In this document: piece after piece, positions 25,028-32,790 of the stretch
Layout: each line of letters opens with the position of its first letter
Position numbering within the stretch: the stretch's first letter is position 1
Source of the DNA: Anaerolineae bacterium
Lineage (GTDB): Bacteria; Chloroflexota; Anaerolineae; UBA1429
Assembly: GCA_034433995.1 (NCBI GenBank)
Contig: DAOTZU010000032.1
Span: forward strand, 1-52,164
DNA length: 52,164 nt
Direction of reading: 5' to 3'
Notes under the pieces: model-generated
Databases searched by the model: none
Seen by the model: the letters and a program-made list of their open reading frames with translations, nothing else
Told to the model about the DNA's origin: nothing
Translations under genes and position numbers: made by a program

Positions 25028-25997
25028 CCGCCGCCAGCCGACGCAGCTTGAGCGCGCCCCAGACCATCCCCAACCCCAAGGCCGCCGCCCTGAGGAAGAG
25101 AAGCAGCGGCGCCACGGCCAACACAGGGGGATCGCGCCGGGCCACAAAGACCAGGAAGGATGCCCAACTGGCCAGCAAAGCGGCCAGGCCCACCAGGGCC
25201 GGCGCCGGCGAGAGGATGGCCAAGCTCCACAGCCAGCTCGCCCCCCACAGTGCCGTAAGCACGATCTCCACCTTCAGGGATTGGGGTGTGTGGGAATCCC
25301 GCACCATCTTGCCGGGGTGTTCCTTGAGCACCAGCATCTTCCAATAGCCGATGCGGAACTTTTTCCGGGCATAGGCGCGCACGGTGGCCGCGTGGAAATG
25401 TTCCACCACGGCATCGGGCACCAAGATCAGCTTGTAGCCCCGCTCGGCGATGCGAAAGGAGAGCTCCTGGTCCTCCACCGAGGCCGTGGGAAAGCGCTCA
25501 TCGAACCCACCCACCTCCAGGAGCACCTCGCGGCGATAGATGGCCGCGTAGGTATCCACAAAATCGATCTGGGGCTCCCGCGCCATGCGGCGATACTTGG
25601 TCTCGTATTCCAATTGTACAAAGCGGGCCACCAGGCTGCGCTGTCCCGTGGCATAGATCCCTTTGCCGCCGGCGGCGCCCCGTTGCTCCACGGCGGTCAC
25701 CATCCGGCGGAGCCAATCTCGCCGGGGGGCGCAATCGGCGTCGGTAAAGAGCACGAACTCGCCCCGGGCAGCGGCGATGCCCCGGTTCCGCGCCACGGCC
25801 GGCCCGCCGGGCGGCTGGCGCAACAACGTGACCTGGGAGAAGCGGGCCACCACCTCCGCCGTGGCATCGGTGGAGCCATCGTCCACCACGATGATCTCGT
25901 AATCCTCTGGGGGCCAATCCTGGCCCAAGAGGGCCTCAACACAGCGCCCGATGATCCCCGCGCCGTTGCGCACCGGCACGATGACGGAAGCCTTCAT
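25011..25997 (-). CDS. Family 2 glycosyltransferase with C-terminal TM helices
   Basis: MKASVIVPVRNGAG...IIVVDDGSTD...FTDADC are classic GT2 motifs. The ATG at 25997 overlaps the upstream stop as ATGA. Confidence 0.85.
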   Translation of the reverse strand: MKASVIVPVRNGAGIIGRCVEALLGQDWPPEDYEIIVVDDGSTDATAEVVARFSQVTLLRQPPGGPAVARNRGIAAARGEFVLFTDADCAPRRDWLRRMVTAVEQRGAAGGKGIYATGQRSLVARFVQLEYETKYRRMAREPQIDFVDTYAAIYRREVLLEVGGFDERFPTASVEDQELSFRIAERGYKLILVPDAVVEHFHAATVRAYARKKFRIGYWKMLVLKEHPGKMVRDSHTPQSLKVEIVLTALWGASWLWSLAILSPAPALVGLAALLASWASFLVFVARRDPPVLAVAPLLLFLRAAALGLGMVWGALKLRRLAAATPGR

Positions 25998-26986
25998 GAC
26001 GCGCTCCTCAGCCGCTGGGCGGCGCCGGCCAATTCCCGCTGCAACGCGCCCCAGCTCAGGCTCAGACCCCACAAGCCCCCCGCCCCAAACAGGGCGATGG
26101 TGCCATAGACCAAAAGGTGCAACACCAGGGCATAGGGCAGCGCCGCCTCACGAACGATGCCAAAGACGGCCAGGGAGATGATGGTCAGATAATGGAACAC
26201 GCCCAATTGACCGGGCACCACCCGCACCAAGCTGCCCATGTAGATGGTCACCAACAGTAGCAGCGCCGCCGCCAAAGAGAGGGGCAGATCGAACGCCCGG
26301 AAGAGGAGCAGGTTGGTGGCCGTGGAAAGGAGCCAGAGGAGCAAGGTCAGCCCGCCGATGGCCCCCAAACGCCCGCCCCGGCGCAAGACGCCCAAACCCT
26401 GCAAGCCCCCCAGCGCCGCCCGGCGCCAGCGCGGGGGGAGCCGTTGCACCAGGCCCTCCAGGCGGCCGGCGCCCCAGGTGACGGCGGCCACCAACACGGC
26501 CAGCACGGCCAACACCCCCACGAAAAGCAGCGCCGCCGAGCGGAACCACTCCGGCAAGGCCACGGTGAGGGCCAACGCCACCACCATGCTCACCAGCACC
26601 AAGCCATCCAGGGCCTTTTCCACCACCACCGTCCCCAAGGCGAGGAGGGCGTTGGACGGGGTCCCGCCGGCCAGGTAGGCCCGGGCCAGGTCGCCCAGAC
26701 GCGAAGGCAAGAGGGCATTGCCCATCTGGCCCACAGCATAGATGGCCAAGGCGCGCCCGAAGGAGAGGGGTACGCCGGCGCTCCGCAAGAGCCCCTGCCA
26801 GCGGCGCGCCCCCACCAGCGTGCACAGCAGAACGGAGGCCCAGGTCAGGGCCACCCAGAGCCAATGGGCCTGGCCCAGGGCCTGGGGCAGGCCAGGGGCC
26901 ACATCGCGCAGGGAGAACCAGAGCAAGGCGCCGCCCAGCGCCAGGCCCAACCAGGGCCGCAACGCCGCCCAGAGTTTCCCCTTCAC
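25994..26986 (-). CDS. Flippase-like membrane protein (lysyl-PG synthase TM region / UPF0104 family)
   Basis: Polytopic protein with RRWQGLLRSAGVPLSFGRALAIYAVGQMGNALLPSRLGDLARAYL, typical of this family. The GTG at 26986 overlaps the rfbB stop as GTGA. Confidence 0.65.
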   Translation of the reverse strand: MKGKLWAALRPWLGLALGGALLWFSLRDVAPGLPQALGQAHWLWVALTWASVLLCTLVGARRWQGLLRSAGVPLSFGRALAIYAVGQMGNALLPSRLGDLARAYLAGGTPSNALLALGTVVVEKALDGLVLVSMVVALALTVALPEWFRSAALLFVGVLAVLAVLVAAVTWGAGRLEGLVQRLPPRWRRAALGGLQGLGVLRRGGRLGAIGGLTLLLWLLSTATNLLLFRAFDLPLSLAAALLLLVTIYMGSLVRVVPGQLGVFHYLTIISLAVFGIVREAALPYALVLHLLVYGTIALFGAGGLWGLSLSWGALQRELAGAAQRLRSAS

Positions 26987-28020
26987 CGCGCCCCGCCCGC
27001 CGGCTTGATCTCGCGGCCTTGATAGTGGCGGCGGTAATACTCTTGGTATAGCGCGCCGCTTTTGATCTTGCGCCACCACCATTCGTTCTCCACGTACCAG
27101 CGCACCGTCTTTTCCAGGGCCTCGGCGAAGGTGTGTCGCGAGCGCCAGCCCAGGGCGCGGATCTTGTCCACATTGAGGGCATAGCGGCGATCGTGGCCGG
27201 GGCGGTCGGTGATGTATTGCAGCAAGCTCTCCGGCTTGCCCAAGAGTTGCAGGATCATCCGGGCCATGTCGATATTGCGCGTCTCCACGCCGGTGCCCAG
27301 GTTATAGATCTCGCCCGGTTTCCCCCGCTGCAGCACCACGTCGATCCCCTCGCAATGGTCCTCCACGTACTGATAGTCGCGCATCTGCAGGCCATCGCCA
27401 TAGATGGGCAGGGGCAAATTATCCAAGGCGTTGGTGATGAACAGGGGCACCACCTTCTCCGGATACTGGTAAGGGCCGATGTTGTTCGAGCCACGGGTGA
27501 TGGTCGCCGGCAGGCCAAAGCTGGTATGGTAGGCCAGGACCAGCAGGTCGCCGCCGGCCTTGCTGGCCGAGTAGGGGCTGCGGGTGTGCAGGGGGGCCGT
27601 CTCCGCCGCTGCGCCCTCCAGCACCTCGCCATAGACCTCATCGGTGCTCACCTGGTGATAGCGCTCCAGCCCCAGCTCCTTGGCCGCCTCCAACAGGGTG
27701 AAGGTGCCCAGGACATCGGTGCGGATGAAACTCCCCGGATCGGTGAGGGAGCGATCCACGTGGGTCTCGGCGGCGAAATTGACCAAGGTATCAATGGCAT
27801 ACTGCCGCAGCGTCTGGCGCACCCCCTCGGCATCGCAGATATCGCCCTGGACAAAGGCATACCGGGGATCATCGGCCACATCCCGCAGGTTATCCAGGTT
27901 GCCGGCGTAGGTGAGCTTGTCATAGACCACCACGCGGATATCGCCATACCTACGCAGCAAATAATGGACGAAATTAGAGCCGATAAAGCCGGCGCCGCCG
28001 GCGATCATCACGTTGCGCAT
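26983..28020 (-). CDS. rfbB: dTDP-glucose 4,6-dehydratase
   Basis: GGAGFIGSNFV Rossmann motif, catalytic YSASK, and a conserved C-terminus (RPGHDRRYALN). Confidence 0.9.
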   Translation of the reverse strand: MRNVMIAGGAGFIGSNFVHYLLRRYGDIRVVVYDKLTYAGNLDNLRDVADDPRYAFVQGDICDAEGVRQTLRQYAIDTLVNFAAETHVDRSLTDPGSFIRTDVLGTFTLLEAAKELGLERYHQVSTDEVYGEVLEGAAAETAPLHTRSPYSASKAGGDLLVLAYHTSFGLPATITRGSNNIGPYQYPEKVVPLFITNALDNLPLPIYGDGLQMRDYQYVEDHCEGIDVVLQRGKPGEIYNLGTGVETRNIDMARMILQLLGKPESLLQYITDRPGHDRRYALNVDKIRALGWRSRHTFAEALEKTVRWYVENEWWWRKIKSGALYQEYYRRHYQGREIKPAGGAR

Positions 28021-28038
28021 CGTTCCTCCCTGAAGGTA

Positions 28039-28069
28039 GCCATCAGCCGTCAGCGATCAGCAATCAGCA
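28039..28069. repeat. Heptanucleotide tandem repeat (GCNNTCA x4) in the rfbB 5' region
   Basis: GCCATCA GCCGTCA GCGATCA GCAATCA GCA read directly. It lies 19 nt upstream of the rfbB ATG on the minus strand. Confidence 0.7.
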
Positions 28070-28155
28070 CGCTACCGGGTATGGTTTCCCTTAACTGTTC
28101 AGGCGTCGTTTTCACCCACCATGGTGAGCCACCGCGCATCGCCAACGCCAAAGCG

Positions 28156-29541
28156 CTAGATGCCCACAAGCTGCCGCACCTTGCGCACGATCTTGCGGGG
28201 GTTGGCGTAGCGCCGCCAGGCCTTGCGCGCGCCTCGGCGCAGGCGGTTGTACCAGGTGCGCCGCTGCGATTCGGCCAAGGCCCAGTTCAGCCACGTATAG
28301 TCCACGCCCTTGATCTTGGCCTCATCGGGGTTGCGGCGGTAGCTATCGTGGTCACGGATCAAAGAGAGATCATGCTCGAGGCAATAGGTGTACAGGTCGC
28401 TGCCCGGATGGGGCGTGTAAAAGGCGGGGCTATAGTAATCGGGGTCAATCTCCTTGAGCATGCTGATGGTCTCCAAGACCTCTTCCTTGGTCTCGGTGGG
28501 CAGGCCCAGCATGTAATTGGCCCAGATGGCGATGCCATACTTGCGGCAGATCTTGGCCGCCTGGATATTCTGCCAGCGCTTGGTCCCTTTGCGGATAAAG
28601 CGCAACACCCGGTCGCTGCCGCTCTCAAAGCCGATGAAATAGCCCCGCAGGCCGGCCTGGGCCATCAGGGCCACCATATCCTCGTTCTTGACGATGATAT
28701 CGGCCCGGCTCTGGCAGAAAAAGGGCTGGGTGAACCCCTCGGCGCGATAGGCTCGGCAGAAGGCGATGACCCATTCCCGGTCCTCGGTGAGGCAATCATC
28801 GTGGAACATAAAGCTGGCAAAGTGGTACTGGTCTCGGAGCATCCGCAGCTCGGCTATGACGTTCTCCACGCTGCGGCGGCGCACCTTGCGGCCAAAGATG
28901 GCCCGCTCGGCGGGCTGGCAATAACTGCAATTGTACATGCAGCCACGCCCGGCGATGATGGTGACAAAGGGCGGCGGCAGCTCCTCCACAAAAGGGGCCT
29001 CCGGCGAGGTCACCTCATACCCTTGGCGCCGCCATTCCTCGATAAAGAGGGAATGATCGGCAAAGGGGAGGGCATCCAGGTCGGGGTGGGTGCCGGGGAT
29101 CACCCGTGGCGGGGTCTCGCCTCGCTCCAGGGCGTCCAGGGCTTGGGGAAAGGTTTCCTCTCCCTCGCCCAAAAAGACGTGGTCAATGTGGGGGTTGTGC
29201 AGCACCTCGTCGGGCATGAGGGTGGGATGGGGCCCGCCCACCATGGTGACGATCCGCGGGTCCACCTCGCGGATGATCTCCAGGCAGCGCATGGCCGGGT
29301 TATAGTCGGCGCTCATCATGGTGATGGCGGCCACCTGGGGCTGGCGCTGGATGATCTCCTGGCGAAAATGCTCCCATCCCTTGAGAGCGCGCAGGTCGAT
29401 CAAGTTCACCTCGTGGCCGGCCTGGCGGGCGCAGGCGGCCAGGATGGCCAATCCATGGCTGATCCAGCCCGAATCCATCCCCTGACCGATGCTATCGAAC
29501 CCCTTGCCCACAATGCCCGGATAGATCAGGCTGACGCGCAT
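28156..29541 (-). CDS. B12-binding domain radical SAM protein
   Basis: N-terminal cobalamin-binding-like domain (VAAITMMSADY...VGGPHPT) and a radical SAM cluster motif GRGCMYNCSYC (Cx3Cx2C). Start at ATG 29541 with GAGGAGAGG upstream. Confidence 0.85.
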   Translation of the reverse strand: MRVSLIYPGIVGKGFDSIGQGMDSGWISHGLAILAACARQAGHEVNLIDLRALKGWEHFRQEIIQRQPQVAAITMMSADYNPAMRCLEIIREVDPRIVTMVGGPHPTLMPDEVLHNPHIDHVFLGEGEETFPQALDALERGETPPRVIPGTHPDLDALPFADHSLFIEEWRRQGYEVTSPEAPFVEELPPPFVTIIAGRGCMYNCSYCQPAERAIFGRKVRRRSVENVIAELRMLRDQYHFASFMFHDDCLTEDREWVIAFCRAYRAEGFTQPFFCQSRADIIVKNEDMVALMAQAGLRGYFIGFESGSDRVLRFIRKGTKRWQNIQAAKICRKYGIAIWANYMLGLPTETKEEVLETISMLKEIDPDYYSPAFYTPHPGSDLYTYCLEHDLSLIRDHDSYRRNPDEAKIKGVDYTWLNWALAESQRRTWYNRLRRGARKAWRRYANPRKIVRKVRQLVGI

Positions 29542-29616
29542 CCGCCTCTCCTCAGCTAGTGATTGGCTCTCAGACGCTCCTCGGCGCAGAGATGTTCCCT
29601 GAGAAGCCACAAGCCT

Positions 29617-29677
29617 TCAGCCATCAGCAATCAGCTTTGGGATAGCTCCGCGCCGCCGGCTGCAAGCTGATGGCTGA
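29617..29677. repeat. Inverted repeat built from the same heptamer family
   Basis: TCAGCCATCAGC (29617-29628) and GCTGATGGCTGA (29666-29677) are perfect 12-nt complements 37 nt apart. The left arm continues as GCCATCA GCAATCA GC. The element lies between the cyclase stop and the radical SAM start. Confidence 0.6.
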
Positions 29678-29680
29678 CCG

Positions 29681-30337
29681 CTACCTCTCCTCGATGGCCA
29701 CCGCCCGCGCCCAGGAACTATCGATGGTCCGCGCCTTGTAGGGCAGCGCCATGAAATAGAACTCGGGCCGGCGGATCTCGTCGAGGTGATCCAAAAACTC
29801 GACCAACGTGCCGCCGGCGCCCATAAAAATATCATGGAGCATGCGGCCGGCCGTCACATCGCGCCCCAAGGCGAAATGCTGGTCAATGCCGATCATCTTG
29901 ACCCCATGGGCCACAAACCAACGCGCCGCCTCCGGGGTCAAGGCGGGCTTGGGCCGGGCGCCGGCGCGGCTGGCCGGATCCGAGTTGCGGCAGATGAGGA
30001 TATCCCCCCGGCCGATGCGCCCGCCGAGGACCCGCTCCAGATATTCTGGCGTGACCTCGGGCGTGGCCTGCACGTCGGGCACATCCAACAAGAGGCCGCG
30101 GCCCATGAAGGCGGTCAGCTCATAGCCGGTGACGTCGCGGCCGCCCTCAAAAAAGTGGGCGTCCACCTCCACATGGGTGCCCACATGGGTGTGGGTGCGC
30201 ACATGGTGCATGAAGGCATTATCGGCCAAGAGGCCCCGTTCAAGCTCAAAATAGCGCTCCTGGCTGGCCCCCGGCACCACCTCGTAGGAGAGGTCAACCA
30301 GCCGGTACTTTTGCCAATCGATGTTGAAAACGGACAT
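29681..30337 (-). CDS. Cyclase-family protein (arylformamidase/kynurenine formamidase-like fold)
   Basis: HVRTHTHVGTHVEVDAHF resembles the HxGTHxDxPxH metal motif of the putative-cyclase family. The length is 218 aa. Confidence 0.7.
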   Translation of the reverse strand: MSVFNIDWQKYRLVDLSYEVVPGASQERYFELERGLLADNAFMHHVRTHTHVGTHVEVDAHFFEGGRDVTGYELTAFMGRGLLLDVPDVQATPEVTPEYLERVLGGRIGRGDILICRNSDPASRAGARPKPALTPEAARWFVAHGVKMIGIDQHFALGRDVTAGRMLHDIFMGAGGTLVEFLDHLDEIRRPEFYFMALPYKARTIDSSWARAVAIEER

Positions 30338-30367
30338 GCTGGCGTGCTCCTTGGTAAATCTGGCGGC

Positions 30368-30396
30368 ATTATAGCCTGCTGCGGGGCTTTTGCCAA
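30368..30396 (-). promoter_or_regulatory. Candidate promoter for the cyclase / radical SAM / rfbB / flippase-like / GT2 unit
   Basis: The minus strand reads TTGGCA (30396-30391), a 17-nt spacer, TATAAT (30373-30368). An AAGGAG leader precedes the ATG at 30337. Confidence 0.6.
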
Positions 30397-30418
30397 CTCC
30401 AGCGGCCCGCGCTACAAT
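30390..30418 (+). promoter_or_regulatory. Candidate promoter for the DUF1998 helicase gene
   Basis: TTGCCA (30390-30395), a 17-nt spacer, TACAAT (30413-30418). GGAGGG (30431-30436) precedes the ATG at 30441. Confidence 0.6.
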
Positions 30419-30440
30419 CTCCAGTGCCGCGGAGGGCAGG

Positions 30441-32747
30441 ATGCAAGCACAGGAGTTTATCCATCACCTCACCTCATTGCCGTTCTACGCCGGGCAGATC
30501 GTGCATGTGGAGCAGATCCCGGCGCGCCCGGCGGTCTGGGGCGAGTTGGCGCAACCGTTGCCCCCGGCCTTGCAAGAGGCCTTGGCCCGCCGGGGCATCA
30601 CCCGGTTCTACAGCCATCAGGCCGAGGCGATCAACGCCGCCCGGGCGGGACAGCACGTCATGGTGGCCACGGGGACGGCCAGCGGCAAGACGCTGTGTTA
30701 CAACATCCCCGTGCTGGAGGCCGTGCTGCAAGACCCCCTCTCTCGGGCGCTGTACCTTTTTCCCACCAAGGCCCTGGCCCAAGATCAGTTGCGGTCCTTG
30801 GGCGAGCTGTGTGCCCCCTTGGGCAAGATCCGCCCGGCCACCTACGATGGTGATACGCCCCCCGCCGCCAGGACCCGGCTGCGCAAGGCGACCCCCATCA
30901 TCCTTTCCAACCCCGACATGCTCCATGTGGGGATCCTGCCCAACCATCCCCAATGGGCGGCCTTTTTTCGCCATCTGAAATATGTGGTGGTGGACGAGGC
31001 CCACACCTATCGCGGCGTGTTCGGCTCGCATCTGGCCAACATCCTGCGGCGGCTGCGCCGGGTGTGCGCCCTCTATGGCGCCGCGCCGCAATTTATCCTT
31101 TGTTCGGCCACCATCGCCAACCCCGCCGAGCACGCCCAACGCCTCATCGGCCAGCCGGCTGTGGTGGTGGAACGCGACGGCGCGCCCCAAGGCCCCCGTC
31201 ATTTCATCCTCTGGAACCCGCCCTTCTTGGATCAGCGCCTGGGCGTGCGGCGCAGCCCCAACACCGAGGCCGCCAGCTTGGTGGTGGCGCTGGCCCAGGC
31301 GGGGCTGCGCCACATCGCCTTCACCCGGGCGCGCAAAGTGGCCGAGCTGATCTTGCTCTATGCCCGCCAGGCCCTGGAGCGCGAGCACTCCCAACTGGCC
31401 GAACGGTTGAGCTCCTACCGCGCCGGGTACCTGGCTGAGGAGCGCCGCGAGATCGAGCGGCGGCTCTTCTCCGGCGAGCTTTTGGGCGTGATGGCCACCA
31501 ACGCCCTGGAGTTGGGGATCGACGTGGGTGCCCTGGACGCCACCGTCCTGGTGGGCTATCCCGGCACCATCGCCAGCACCTGGCAACAGGCGGGCCGGGC
31601 CGGCCGCGGACGGCGCGAGGCCCTCAACATCCTCATCGGCCAGGATAACCCCCTGGACCAGTACTTTATGCGCCACCCTGAAGAGCTGTTCCTCCGCCCC
31701 CACGAGCACGCCTTGATCGATCCGGCCAATCCCCACATCCTGCAGGCACATCTTGCCTGCGCGGCCTGGGAATCCCCGTTGCGCGCCGAGGACGAGGCCC
31801 TCTTTGGCGAAGGATTCCGCGAGGCGCTGGCGGCCCTGGAGCGGAGCCAGGTGTTGGAGCGGCGGGGTGAGCGCTGGTACGTGCGGGAGAATTATCCCGC
31901 GCAACAGGTGAGCATCCGTTCCATCGGCGCGGGGAACTATATCTTGGTGGATGAGAGCCAAAACTATCGCCTTTTGGAAGAGATAGACGGCGCCACGGCA
32001 TTCGTCCGGGCGCATCCGGGGGCCATCTATCTCCATCGGGCCGAGGCCTACCTCATCACCCACCTGAACGTGGAGCTCCGCGTGGCCTACGCCCGCCCCG
32101 TAGAGGCCAACTATTACACCCAACCCAGGGTCCTGGACGAGGTGCGCATCATCCGCTCCCTCCAAGCGCGGTCCATGCCCTCCACCGATCTCTTTTTCGG
32201 GCTGGTGCGCGCCACGCAGCAGGTGATCTCCTTCCGGCGCAAGCAACAATTCACCGAAGAGATCCTGGACGAGGAGCCGCTGGATCTGCCGCCCTCCACC
32301 TTTGAGACCCAAGCGCTGTGGTTCGAGGTGCCCGAGACCATCGCCCAGGAGGTGGCGCGCCAGGGGCTGGATTGGGCCGGCGGCCTGCACGCCGTGGAGC
32401 ACGCTTGCATCGGCATCTTGCCCCTCCTGGCCATGTGCGACCGCAACGATCTGGGCGGCCTTTCCACCCCCTGCCACCCCGATACCGGCCGCGCCCAGAT
32501 CTTTATCTACGACGCCTATCCAGGGGGCGTGGGCATCGCCAAGAAGGGTTTCGAGCTGGCGGTGGAACTCTGGGAGCGCACCCGCGAGGCGATCCGCGCC
32601 TGCCCCTGTGAGGCGGGCTGCCCCTCGTGCATTCATTCGCCCAAGTGCGGCAATTATAACGAGCCCCTGGACAAGCGGGCCGCCCTGGTGATCCTCGACG
32701 GTTTGCTTGACCCATGTCTTGTGGGCATTTACAATAGCCCCAAGTGA
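30441..32747 (+). CDS. DEAD/DEAH-box helicase with a C-terminal DUF1998 zinc module (MrfA/YprA-like)
   Basis: Motif I ATGTASGKT, motif II VVVDEAH, and the C-terminal four-Cys module CPCEAGCPSCIHSPKCGNYNEPLDK. The length is 768 aa. Confidence 0.85.
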   Translation: MQAQEFIHHLTSLPFYAGQIVHVEQIPARPAVWGELAQPLPPALQEALARRGITRFYSHQAEAINAARAGQHVMVATGTASGKTLCYNIPVLEAVLQDPLSRALYLFPTKALAQDQLRSLGELCAPLGKIRPATYDGDTPPAARTRLRKATPIILSNPDMLHVGILPNHPQWAAFFRHLKYVVVDEAHTYRGVFGSHLANILRRLRRVCALYGAAPQFILCSATIANPAEHAQRLIGQPAVVVERDGAPQGPRHFILWNPPFLDQRLGVRRSPNTEAASLVVALAQAGLRHIAFTRARKVAELILLYARQALEREHSQLAERLSSYRAGYLAEERREIERRLFSGELLGVMATNALELGIDVGALDATVLVGYPGTIASTWQQAGRAGRGRREALNILIGQDNPLDQYFMRHPEELFLRPHEHALIDPANPHILQAHLACAAWESPLRAEDEALFGEGFREALAALERSQVLERRGERWYVRENYPAQQVSIRSIGAGNYILVDESQNYRLLEEIDGATAFVRAHPGAIYLHRAEAYLITHLNVELRVAYARPVEANYYTQPRVLDEVRIIRSLQARSMPSTDLFFGLVRATQQVISFRRKQQFTEEILDEEPLDLPPSTFETQALWFEVPETIAQEVARQGLDWAGGLHAVEHACIGILPLLAMCDRNDLGGLSTPCHPDTGRAQIFIYDAYPGGVGIAKKGFELAVELWERTREAIRACPCEAGCPSCIHSPKCGNYNEPLDKRAALVILDGLLDPCLVGIYNSPK
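32707..32735 (+). promoter_or_regulatory. Candidate internal promoter for the HerA-like ATPase gene, inside the 3' end of the helicase gene
   Basis: TTGACC (32707-32712), a 17-nt spacer, TACAAT (32730-32735). AAAGGAGG (32777-32784) precedes the ATG at 32791. Confidence 0.5.
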
Positions 32748-32790
32748 TCGCAGTTGGCCCAGCTCACCCCAGAGCGAAAGGAGGTCGGAA

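Noticed and set aside
29542-29680. A cobalamin riboswitch upstream of the B12-binding radical SAM gene.
   Set aside because: The 139-nt spacer lacks a B12-box-like GCCACTG core and is too short. Its structure is explained by the heptamer-derived inverted repeat.
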